Positions 42,874 through 51,668 of a stretch of DNA of 64,000 bases are shown piece by piece (positions within the stretch are counted from its first letter, which is position 1; each line of letters starts with the position of its first letter). Below the pieces are notes generated by a model. It did not search any database. It worked only from the letters and a program-made list of their open reading frames with translations, and was not told the origin of the DNA. Origin of the DNA: a virus; the IMG/VR virus record IMGVR_UViG_3300047476_001768, positions 7,367 to 71,366 of that record; one strand, given 5' to 3'. The position numbers and the translations under genes were made by a program.

Positions 42874-43324
42874 AGTTTGTACCTAACGTAATAGCGATAC
42901 GTGTCAGTCCTGGTGTGATATTTGATGCATTGTGTGGAACAGACCCATCAAAGTAGTGCCATTTTTCTGGGGCAACACAATGTCTTTCGATTAAACTATG
43001 ATCGTTGTTATAAAAATTAGTATAAACGTTGTCGCCACCTGTTTGAAAAATATAGTTAACTTTGAATCGTTCAGACATAAAATCTTGATGTATAACAAGA
43101 TCGTTGGAAATTACATGCAAATGAAAACAAGACCCAAACTCTATTGGTATGTTTAATTTTATCCAATTCGCAAGTTCCCCATTTAGAGGGTGTAGTTTGT
43201 AAGGATCATACGATTCGCCGACAAACTTTTCCAATTCGTCGTTTGTTGTTTGAACAATCCGAGAGACCTCAGTATATAGATCTCTAGGTATAGAAGGCCA
43301 GTTTGGTAAATATTGTAAAATCAT
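42854..43324 (-). CDS. 2OG-Fe(II) oxygenase/cupin-like protein
   Basis: IHQD, KVNYI, PHNA, RIAIT. Start set at ATG 43324. Confidence 0.65.
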   Translation of the reverse strand: MILQYLPNWPSIPRDLYTEVSRIVQTTNDELEKFVGESYDPYKLHPLNGELANWIKLNIPIEFGSCFHLHVISNDLVIHQDFMSERFKVNYIFQTGGDNVYTNFYNNDHSLIERHCVAPEKWHYFDGSVPHNASNITPGLTRIAITLGTNYVNTSY

Positions 43325-43327
43325 TAA

Positions 43328-43354
43328 GATAAATAAATTTGTAAGATATTTAGC
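43328..43354. promoter_or_regulatory. Opposed late-promoter-like boxes GATAAATA (+, 43328-43335) and GCTAAATA (-, 43347-43354)
   Basis: In the divergent gap 43325-43377. Confidence 0.5.
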
Positions 43355-43377
43355 CAACTAACTTTATTGGACAAACA

Positions 43378-43746
43378 ATGTACACTATCAAAAATACTTA
43401 TGAAAAAGAAAATGCAGATGTTTTGCTAGAACATTTTCTTGGAATAGTTGACAACGAATCAAGCATATTTTCCGATGCACGGGTAACATCCATCACATGG
43501 TTTAGATCTGAAGATAGGTCCTACGGAGAAATGTACATGACCTTTGAATCAAAAGCAGTTTTTGACTCATGGGAGGCTGAGTATCACGAAGCTCATACTG
43601 CATTCAAAGAGCATATGGAACAGTACATGGAAGATATGGGTATAGCATTTCAAAGAATTTATCTGCCAGAAAATACACAGTGGGAAGTAACAGATTCAAG
43701 ATTACAAGGTCTTGAACCTATACCATTTGAACAAATCTTTGAATGA
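43378..43746 (+). CDS. Small acidic hypothetical protein (possible alpha/beta-barrel fold)
   Basis: 122 aa; resembles the central segment of the downstream 630-aa protein. Confidence 0.5.
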   Translation: MYTIKNTYEKENADVLLEHFLGIVDNESSIFSDARVTSITWFRSEDRSYGEMYMTFESKAVFDSWEAEYHEAHTAFKEHMEQYMEDMGIAFQRIYLPENTQWEVTDSRLQGLEPIPFEQIFE

Positions 43747-45635
43747 TACCCGTCCCATTTGATCATACAGGGAAACCTAAACCTGAGTATGTCTGGTTGG
43801 ATAAAAAAACACAATATCAATTAATTGATCTAGAAAGAAAATACAGCGATATACCCTGGGTACCTTTGGATATTCCAAGTCTTGTGCCTGATGATCTTGA
43901 AAAGTTTGTAAGATTTTTTCAAGAACATGCAATAGATGGGATAAGAACAATTTCATCTTTTGATGAGCCACATGTTGATCCGTATGATTCTTCAAGCAGT
44001 TACAATAATCCGTATTGGAAAACTTTAGAGATCTATAAATCCGAATCAGCTAAAGATTGGTTTGGCACAGATACTATAAAAAATCTTACCATTGATATTA
44101 AAGAACTTTTTCCTAAGTTCTATCAACAGATATTTGATACACTTCCTTACAAAGAAATATTTTTTATAAGGTTTTGGTCAACTTGCCGAACTGTAGGACC
44201 TCACAGAGATCAAGATTGGACATATAACGTTCCATTAAGTTTTCGTTCAGTAATTTTTGATACTAACACAGATTCTACTTTTTATCTTTCAAAGAAAAAA
44301 ACAAATGATATTCAAGCACGACATTACGTAAAGCTACCAAGCGAAACAAATTCTTTTTTGTTTAACAATGGTGCATTTTACCATGGCGCTGATTATTATG
44401 ATGATCATTTTAAGATTTTAATGGTGGCAAGTGGTATACCAGACATTGAAAAATTTGAAAAAATCTTGAAATCAAGTACAGAAAAATATAATCCTAGTAG
44501 ATCAATTAACATTGAATCTCGGTATTTGGTATACAATATTACTTTTAAAAAAGAAAAAATTGATAACCCACATTCATGGCAAGATGTTTTTGATCTATAC
44601 AAGTTATTACTTGGTTCTCCAGAGGTGGTAAATGTTGAAGAGCACCATTCTTGGGATCAGTTGAGATCTGAACTTAGGGTAATATTCTGGAATCAAGAAG
44701 AGTATTTTAAATTTTCTAAAAGAACACACGATGAATATAACAAAATAATTCAACGTTTGAATAATAATTATTTAAATCTTCCTGTTGAATTTTTTCGTTA
44801 CACATCCAATGATAACTATCAAAGCGAGTTTCCTGAAACGGTCTATCCCGACGGAAACCAACTAATAAATTGGACGTTAATTCCTTTACTTAAGAAATGG
44901 GTTGTTGATAATATTATGCCACTTGGCAAAGTGCAACAGTATCTTGGCCACGGAAAATTTTCTGATACCAGTATCACCGGTTGTAGATTTTTTTACGAGC
45001 GGACCGGAAATATAGAACGTTTGGATCCTAGTAAAAAATCAATGAATGATTTTCCAGATCTAATAACATATGATTTTGAACACTCGTTACAATTTGCAAT
45101 TGGAAAACAACCTTACATTTATAATCGTTTTACTGCACTCAGTAGAAAAGTTGAAGAGTTTGCAGAAAATTATATTACAGATTGCGAACACTCGGCTGTG
45201 TTAGTCGGACACAATTCGTTAGGCAAAGAAATAAACGTACACACACACAGATTTAGTGATATAAAAAAGTTTACTATGACAATAATTGTACGTTTAACCT
45301 TTAATGATGAACCTGTGCGTTATGCTTTTTATCAGCCAATAGCAGACGATGATCCTTTATTGGATCAGTATTACACCAAACCAAATCTATTACAAAAGTA
45401 CATTAAAAACAAATCACCAGAAATTATACAAACAAAAGAAAGATCAAGTGTGTTAATTTTCAATGCAGCATACACCCCACATAGTGTTGAATACAGTAAT
45501 GATCTCTATTTGTATTTTGTCTACGACAATGTGACATTCAAGCCAGGGGTCTTAGAAGATATAGAAAATACAAGCAAAACAGTTCTTTTTGGTAATCAAC
45601 CACAGACAGATAGATTATATTTTTACGATTTATAA
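43743..45635 (+). CDS. Multi-domain protein with two oxygenase/cupin-like domains
   Basis: 630 aa. N-domain PHRD...FYHGA; C-domain VHTH...PHSV; small central domain. Confidence 0.55.
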   Translation: MIPVPFDHTGKPKPEYVWLDKKTQYQLIDLERKYSDIPWVPLDIPSLVPDDLEKFVRFFQEHAIDGIRTISSFDEPHVDPYDSSSSYNNPYWKTLEIYKSESAKDWFGTDTIKNLTIDIKELFPKFYQQIFDTLPYKEIFFIRFWSTCRTVGPHRDQDWTYNVPLSFRSVIFDTNTDSTFYLSKKKTNDIQARHYVKLPSETNSFLFNNGAFYHGADYYDDHFKILMVASGIPDIEKFEKILKSSTEKYNPSRSINIESRYLVYNITFKKEKIDNPHSWQDVFDLYKLLLGSPEVVNVEEHHSWDQLRSELRVIFWNQEEYFKFSKRTHDEYNKIIQRLNNNYLNLPVEFFRYTSNDNYQSEFPETVYPDGNQLINWTLIPLLKKWVVDNIMPLGKVQQYLGHGKFSDTSITGCRFFYERTGNIERLDPSKKSMNDFPDLITYDFEHSLQFAIGKQPYIYNRFTALSRKVEEFAENYITDCEHSAVLVGHNSLGKEINVHTHRFSDIKKFTMTIIVRLTFNDEPVRYAFYQPIADDDPLLDQYYTKPNLLQKYIKNKSPEIIQTKERSSVLIFNAAYTPHSVEYSNDLYLYFVYDNVTFKPGVLEDIENTSKTVLFGNQPQTDRLYFYDL

Positions 45636-45636
45636 A

Positions 45637-46299
45637 TTACCAGTTTATGGCGTTAGCATAATGATTGTCAATTACCAGCTCGGGAATATTAATCCAATCT
45701 GGTTGGTCCAACATCCATTTTACAATTTTGGCTACCTCCTCGGGGCGAGTCCAACATATACTTGATTCCCAGTTGTAGTTCAAGTAATGATCTTGCAGAG
45801 GAGTATAATTATTTGAAATTAATTTAATCATGTCAGTATCAGTTGCTGCTGGACTGATACACATGACTTTGGTTGGTTTATTTTTACTATAAGATAATGC
45901 AAGAGATGTTTCTTTAAGATATTTTTTAGCACATGCGTATGCAATGCGCAATGCTGGTTCTTTGGCTAAAAAACTTTTTTCGGCACTGATACTGCTAACA
46001 TTTATAATTTTACCATGATCCATTTTTTCATAAAATCGCATTAGTAACTCAACTGCAATTGATCCATTCATGGACATCATGAGAGATAGATTTTTTGATA
46101 GTAGTGCAGCGTTGTTTACAAATATATAAGGAGTATATTTTTTGAGTAGATGTTCTCTAAACTCAACATCTAACAAATCGCCTTGTTCGGTGGCAGAACT
46201 TGATCTCCCAACAGTGATTACTTCATACTCGTCGGCTAGTAAGTCTGCAATAGCTTTTCCTATACCTCGTGTGCCGCCAGTGATTAGAGCTTGTTTCAT
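45637..46299 (-). CDS. Short-chain dehydrogenase/reductase (FabG-like)
   Basis: TGGTRGIG, NNAA, NVSS, YACAK. Start set at ATG 46299. Confidence 0.9.
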   Translation of the reverse strand: MKQALITGGTRGIGKAIADLLADEYEVITVGRSSSATEQGDLLDVEFREHLLKKYTPYIFVNNAALLSKNLSLMMSMNGSIAVELLMRFYEKMDHGKIINVSSISAEKSFLAKEPALRIAYACAKKYLKETSLALSYSKNKPTKVMCISPAATDTDMIKLISNNYTPLQDHYLNYNWESSICWTRPEEVAKIVKWMLDQPDWINIPELVIDNHYANAINW

Positions 46300-46319
46300 A
46301 AGATGTACATGGTCCTGAG

Positions 46320-46333
46320 TATAAGTAATTATA
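46320..46333. promoter_or_regulatory. Overlapping late-promoter-like boxes TATAAGTA (+) and TATAATTA (-)
   Basis: Each is one mismatch from TATAAATA; in the divergent gap 46300-46358. Confidence 0.45.
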
Positions 46334-46358
46334 CTCAAAATACTATATTCAAAAAAAA

Positions 46359-47807
46359 ATGTCTATTGATTTCGTGATACTCACAAACACCTCTGGTCCA
46401 ACTTGGCAGCGATCAATTGGTGCATATCAGGTGGCATATCATTGCCGACAATATGGATTCTCATGTCAGGTTATTGATTTTACTGATCATTTTTCTTTTG
46501 ATGAATTGACTAATGCTATACAAAAATTTGTTGGTAGTAACACCTTGGCTATAGGAGTGTCAACTAGTTTTTACTCAGGTAGTACTAAGAAAAAATACAT
46601 TAGTGCTGATCGGAGTTTTGATAGTATAATCCCAGATACTGTAAGATCTTGCCTTGTGGCCGTTAAACAACAGTTTAAGAATATTAAATTACTAGCTGGC
46701 GGAGCTCAAAGTTATCAAGTGCAGTCTGATGATTTGTTTGATGCAGTATTTCATGGATATAGTGAACAAAGTGTGCTGGAATATTTAATTTCATTAAAAA
46801 CAGGAAAAAAAAGACTGTGGCCAGTCCAAGGGCAAACTGATATAATTAACGGAGCAACTGCACATTTTGACATTCAAACACTAGCACATACCTGGAGCAA
46901 ACATGACTGTATATTGCCTCAAGAAACTTTGCCAATAGAAATCAGCCGTGGGTGTATTTTTAAATGTAAATTTTGTTCTTATCCATTAAACGGAAAAAAG
47001 AAATTTGATTACTTGCGCAGTGCAGAATTAATAAAAGAAGAATTAGAAACAAACTATAGATTATATGGTACAACAAACTACTATTTTACAGACGATACAT
47101 TTAATGATTCTACATATAAACTAGAGCAGTTGCACAAGGCAATAACATCGTTACCTTTTAAAATAAAGTTTGTGACTTATTTGAGATTAGATTTACTTTA
47201 TCGGCATCAAGAACAAATAAAACTTCTTTACGAAATGGGACTAGGATCTGCATTCTTTGGTATAGAAACATTAAACTGGCAAACAGGAAAAGCCATTGGC
47301 AAAGGAATGAACCCTCAAAAAATTAAAGAATTCTTAGTTGAGTTACACGATGTCAAATGGAAAAAAGAAATACCAATTACTTGCAGTTTTATAATTGGCT
47401 TGCCTCACGAAACAATTGAAAGTGTACAAGCAACACACAAATGGTGCGAGTCTGCTCCTATTAACGATGTATGGTTTCCTTTGTTTATTCGTTCGGATAC
47501 GCATTATAAAAGTGAATTTGATATAAACTTTTCACAGTATGGGTATAAGATTGATCAAAACGAAGAATGGTACAATGATAATTTTAAGTACGCTGAGGCA
47601 TTAGCATTAGCAGAAGAATATAACCAAACTGGTATGTACCATAATAAGTTTCCATCAACATGGTTTCTTTTTAGTCTATTAAGCTATGGATATACTATTA
47701 ATGAACTAAAAAATATTGCCTCTAAGGATTTACCCTGGAGACAATACACAAGAGATAAAAAACGATTGGTTGAACAATATAAAAAATTATTATTTAATTT
47801 ATCTTAA
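46359..47807 (+). CDS. Cobalamin-binding radical SAM enzyme
   Basis: 482 aa. N-terminal B12-binding-like region, then SRGCIFKCKFC, DDTFN, GIET, FIIGLPHET. Confidence 0.85.
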   Translation: MSIDFVILTNTSGPTWQRSIGAYQVAYHCRQYGFSCQVIDFTDHFSFDELTNAIQKFVGSNTLAIGVSTSFYSGSTKKKYISADRSFDSIIPDTVRSCLVAVKQQFKNIKLLAGGAQSYQVQSDDLFDAVFHGYSEQSVLEYLISLKTGKKRLWPVQGQTDIINGATAHFDIQTLAHTWSKHDCILPQETLPIEISRGCIFKCKFCSYPLNGKKKFDYLRSAELIKEELETNYRLYGTTNYYFTDDTFNDSTYKLEQLHKAITSLPFKIKFVTYLRLDLLYRHQEQIKLLYEMGLGSAFFGIETLNWQTGKAIGKGMNPQKIKEFLVELHDVKWKKEIPITCSFIIGLPHETIESVQATHKWCESAPINDVWFPLFIRSDTHYKSEFDINFSQYGYKIDQNEEWYNDNFKYAEALALAEEYNQTGMYHNKFPSTWFLFSLLSYGYTINELKNIASKDLPWRQYTRDKKRLVEQYKKLLFNLS

Positions 47808-48577
47808 GGCTTTGGCGATTTTGAAAGCAGTTTACCAATGTAGCCTTCAACATCAATTTCCCACCAACGCTCATGTAAAACAAGTTTTCCAGGGTTAGCG
47901 TGATGATTATTGTGCCAACCGAATCCCATACCAAACCATCCAAGCCATACATTGTTTGTACTTGAATCGTTTGTTTGATAATTTTTATATCCTCTATCAT
48001 GGCAGAAATAGTTTACTAATCCTAGTTTTAAAAAGTCTAAGCAATAAGCAAGACAATAAAGGCATACCAGTATTGGATTTAGTAATAATAAAATCAAACA
48101 GAACGAGTAAATTATAATGTAATGATATTGATGAAAAAAACAGAACATACTATCTCGCATTTGTCTTGCCGCAAGAACTTTGGCCCATCTGTGTTTTAAA
48201 TATTCTTGCTGGTTATTTCCTTGTGGAAAAGTCCACGCATAAAAAACTTGAAATATAGATTTATGCTTTGGCGAATGAGGATCAAGATGCGTATCTGAAA
48301 ATAAATGATGTGCTTTGTGTTGGATAGTCCAATAACTTATCGGGCCAATGCCTCCTAGAGTGGTTAACAATGCTAACACCCATCTAACTGGTTTCCAAGT
48401 TTTAAATTGACCGTGTGCAAAATATCTATGTGCTGCAACACCATTGCCAATTACCCCAAATACAAACCAAAAAATAAAGAGAGTGAACAAATGATCTAGT
48501 GCATAAAACAGCCCTACTAGTCCCAAAAGGTGTGCAGGGAGAAACCACAACCAAAAGTTTTTACCGTACGTTTTCAT
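47804..48577 (-). CDS. Delta9-type membrane fatty acid desaturase #3
   Basis: 257 aa. HRYFAH, HKAHH, DPHSP, GFGWHNNHH, WWEID. Confidence 0.92.
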   Translation of the reverse strand: MKTYGKNFWLWFLPAHLLGLVGLFYALDHLFTLFIFWFVFGVIGNGVAAHRYFAHGQFKTWKPVRWVLALLTTLGGIGPISYWTIQHKAHHLFSDTHLDPHSPKHKSIFQVFYAWTFPQGNNQQEYLKHRWAKVLAARQMRDSMFCFFHQYHYIIIYSFCLILLLLNPILVCLYCLAYCLDFLKLGLVNYFCHDRGYKNYQTNDSSTNNVWLGWFGMGFGWHNNHHANPGKLVLHERWWEIDVEGYIGKLLSKSPKP

Positions 48578-49326
48578 TTTTTAATAGCCCAAATAATCAT
48601 TGCCGGTATATCCCATTCCCACCAACGTTCCCAGTTACTCCAGGAGTACGGCTTCGCATGATGATTGTTATGCCACCCTTCACCCATGGTGATTAGATTT
48701 GCTATCCAACTGTTTCTACTTTCATCGTTGATAGAGTGGGTCTTATATCCATGACGATGAGCAATAACAATAATTGCACTAGAAGAATGTAAACATAAAC
48801 AGGCTGGAATGCAATAGGCAAAAATAACAAGCCAGGGATTGATTAAGAATAAAATTAAGCAATAGGTTAGTATTATATAGAAATAATATTTGTGTAATTT
48901 TCTTTGAAATGATTGTTCTCTTAAATCTCTGATCAGTTTAAGATCTAGTCTTATTTTAGGCCAGATGCCAAACCAAGCACGCCAGTTTCCGATCAAATAA
49001 GGACTGTGAGGATCTCCTTCGCGTTCGGCACGTCTATGGTGCTGCCGATGAATAGCAACCCATGCCAGCGGAGATCCTACTGTGGTAATCACCCCAATAA
49101 CACTTAAAATTCTTTCAATAACTAATGATGTTTTGAATGAACGATGACTAAGCAGTCGGTGAAACCCAATATTAATGCCTAAAATTCCTATGGCCCAGTA
49201 AACAAACAAAGCGGTCCATAACAAATACCACTGGTCATGGAATATAGCATAGCAAAGTCCCAGTATGCCCACTGTATGATTTATTACTTGCAGCCCTCTA
49301 ACTTGAAAATTATGCGAAATGACCAT
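48574..49326 (-). CDS. Delta9-type membrane fatty acid desaturase #4
   Basis: 250 aa. HRLLSH, HRQHH, DPHSP, GEGWHNNHH, WWEWD. Confidence 0.92.
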   Translation of the reverse strand: MVISHNFQVRGLQVINHTVGILGLCYAIFHDQWYLLWTALFVYWAIGILGINIGFHRLLSHRSFKTSLVIERILSVIGVITTVGSPLAWVAIHRQHHRRAEREGDPHSPYLIGNWRAWFGIWPKIRLDLKLIRDLREQSFQRKLHKYYFYIILTYCLILFLINPWLVIFAYCIPACLCLHSSSAIIVIAHRHGYKTHSINDESRNSWIANLITMGEGWHNNHHAKPYSWSNWERWWEWDIPAMIIWAIKK

Positions 49327-49942
49327 TTTTAATAGGATCCTGTTTTTCTAATTGATTAAATCCCCACTCGCGCTCTTTACACCCATTGCATCTGCCGCAA
49401 GGTACAAGCTCATGTTGATCGCAACTGTGAGTAAAAAAAAGTAATTGTTCTATTCCTAATTTATAATATATATCTATAATATGACTTTTTTCTAAATTTT
49501 TAAATGGAACTAGTACTTGCGCATGCTCGGGCACTGGTATGTGTTCAAACCCAATCATATGTTCAGGTCTGTTGTGTATTACTCCAATATAGACCGTATC
49601 AAAGTAAGGAGGAAAATTAAATGCCTGCTTAACAGCCGAAGATACTTGTTTGATTTCTGGAAGAATAGTATTACCAAGTCTTAGAGGAGCTATCTCAATA
49701 TTAAAAAGTTGATTTACTAAATTAATAATATTCTGGGCAAAATATTTTGATCCTTCTTTACGATTTATTTTGATTGGTTTTACAAGCTGATTACCGTTGG
49801 TGTTTTTCTTTTCAAGAAGCAGCAAATAATATAATAAAGCACTATCAATTCCGCCGCTAACAAATACTCCAATTTTTTTTGTTTGCGGTAAGGTTAATTT
49901 TAAACTTCTTTGATCGTGCGCTGGACCGCAAACAATTTCCAT
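49310..49942 (-). CDS. QueC-like PP-loop ATPase
   Basis: 210 aa. VSGGIDSA, PF.NLEKSHI, THSC...CGRCNGC.ER. Confidence 0.75.
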   Translation of the reverse strand: MEIVCGPAHDQRSLKLTLPQTKKIGVFVSGGIDSALLYYLLLLEKKNTNGNQLVKPIKINRKEGSKYFAQNIINLVNQLFNIEIAPLRLGNTILPEIKQVSSAVKQAFNFPPYFDTVYIGVIHNRPEHMIGFEHIPVPEHAQVLVPFKNLEKSHIIDIYYKLGIEQLLFFTHSCDQHELVPCGRCNGCKEREWGFNQLEKQDPIKNGHFA

Positions 49943-49945
49943 AAA

Positions 49946-50500
49946 TTATTTAATACCAATTATCATGTAACGATCAAAACTCCAATCAGGATAAACAAAT
50001 GGCAGTTTACCACGATAGATTTCCAAGGACAATGGAAATTGATCGCAAAAATCTTCTAAACATTCAGTAACACTTGCATGATCGTCATGATTCATGTTAT
50101 TACCTTGTAGTGCTACAGCAGTCCCGGCTGGAATATTTTCCCACCAATTTTTATCTTTAAAATGTTCGGTTGATGTATTTATTACTAAATCTGCTGTGGT
50201 ATGCAAGCTGTTGCAATCTTCAGTAAATGCTTTGAATCGCCAATCCTGCCAGACCCAATACTCGTTTAACATGTCTGCTATTGGTTCGCATGTAGGGTCA
50301 ACATCATAACTGCGTATGCGTTCAACATTGAACTTTCCGCGACTGAGCAACAAAAGAGCAGTGAGCCCGTACCAGCCTCCATATATGGCAGTTTCCTTGC
50401 TGTACAAATCAGTTAGTTCCAGTTGTCGGCAAAGCCATAATTTACTGCCTATTTGTCCACTGCTAAAAGCATCCTGATTTAATTGATATAACTTATTCAA
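49946..50500 (-). CDS. Class I SAM-dependent methyltransferase-like protein
   Basis: 184 aa. IYGGWYG motif I, YDVDP acidic motif, VINTSTEH. Confidence 0.6.
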   Translation of the reverse strand: MNKLYQLNQDAFSSGQIGSKLWLCRQLELTDLYSKETAIYGGWYGLTALLLLSRGKFNVERIRSYDVDPTCEPIADMLNEYWVWQDWRFKAFTEDCNSLHTTADLVINTSTEHFKDKNWWENIPAGTAVALQGNNMNHDDHASVTECLEDFCDQFPLSLEIYRGKLPFVYPDWSFDRYMIIGIK

Positions 50501-51668
50501 AGTAGGTCTCCAGTTCTTTTAGTTCCTGTGGTATCAGTTGAATGATACTTTCATTTCGCACTTGATCGTGAATTAGAAATTGTTTGTATTCTATGCATAT
50601 ATCTTGATCAGACGGCTGTTCGCTGTGCATGAAGTTGATAATTCCTTGTATGTCTTTCTCGTACTGGCCCCAATGGTATCTACGCCATTTTTGTTCAATT
50701 TTATTTTTAACATGTTTGGGTAACATGACCAAACTCATGTGTCTGGGTCTATGTATGATATTGTTCCAGATACGAAACCTTGGAGTTATGTTTTTAGCCC
50801 AGGTATGAAACTCGGGCAAGGTCCAGGCGTTGACCCAACTAATAGTATGAGAGATAGAGAAGTCAACATTTTGTATATTGTGATATTTTAGTAGTATGGG
50901 TTTTACTTGATCCCACTGCGCTGGATGTCTAAGATAATTGTAAACGTGGCCTATGCCATCTATGCTCAATCCAACGCCAAGTGTTTTAAAATTACTGGCT
51001 AATTTGTTAATTATGTAACTGGCGTCTATGGTAACATTGGTACTTAGATCTAGCACAATGTCTTTACTTCTGCCAATATCAATTAGTTCGTTCCAAAGCG
51101 TTTGCCATTTTGAAATATAAAATGGTTCTCCGCCAACAACTTCTAATCTTTGTATGTGTTGCATCCATTCTGATCTATCCTGCCACAGTACTGAAGTTTG
51201 GTCACTAGGTTGTCCGTGGGACATTTGATAACCAGTGTTGCCCCAGAGAACTTTATACTCGGCCTGCCAGCTGTTACTATGACTTGGTGTACAGGATCTG
51301 CATTTTAAGTTGCAGGCGTTGCTGATGATCATTTGATACTCAACTGGAAATTCTGGTTCCTGATCAAAATCAACAGAATTGCCTAATGCAACAGAATATG
51401 TTTCTCGTTTGCTTTTTGACCCATGAGATTCATCAATAATACAAACTTCGCAATGCTTGGGCTTGTTTCCGTTACGAAATTCATTGCGCAACTGTTTCAT
51501 ATAATTACTGGAAAAAATTTCCTTTACGGAATGAGTTTGAATATAAAACGGATCTCCGTTATCCTGACGTATAACATCTCTATAGATACAACATGGGCGA
51601 ACTCTGCCATCAGGATCGTTGCTGAAACCTCTCCATGGAAGATTGCAATACCAATGATTATTCGTCAT
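50493..51668 (-). CDS. Radical SAM protein with N-terminal SPASM/twitch-like domain
   Basis: C..PW, DGRVRPCC, CEVC, then CNLKCRSC, GGEPF, SIDG. Confidence 0.88.
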   Translation of the reverse strand: MTNNHWYCNLPWRGFSNDPDGRVRPCCIYRDVIRQDNGDPFYIQTHSVKEIFSSNYMKQLRNEFRNGNKPKHCEVCIIDESHGSKSKRETYSVALGNSVDFDQEPEFPVEYQMIISNACNLKCRSCTPSHSNSWQAEYKVLWGNTGYQMSHGQPSDQTSVLWQDRSEWMQHIQRLEVVGGEPFYISKWQTLWNELIDIGRSKDIVLDLSTNVTIDASYIINKLASNFKTLGVGLSIDGIGHVYNYLRHPAQWDQVKPILLKYHNIQNVDFSISHTISWVNAWTLPEFHTWAKNITPRFRIWNNIIHRPRHMSLVMLPKHVKNKIEQKWRRYHWGQYEKDIQGIINFMHSEQPSDQDICIEYKQFLIHDQVRNESIIQLIPQELKELETYFE

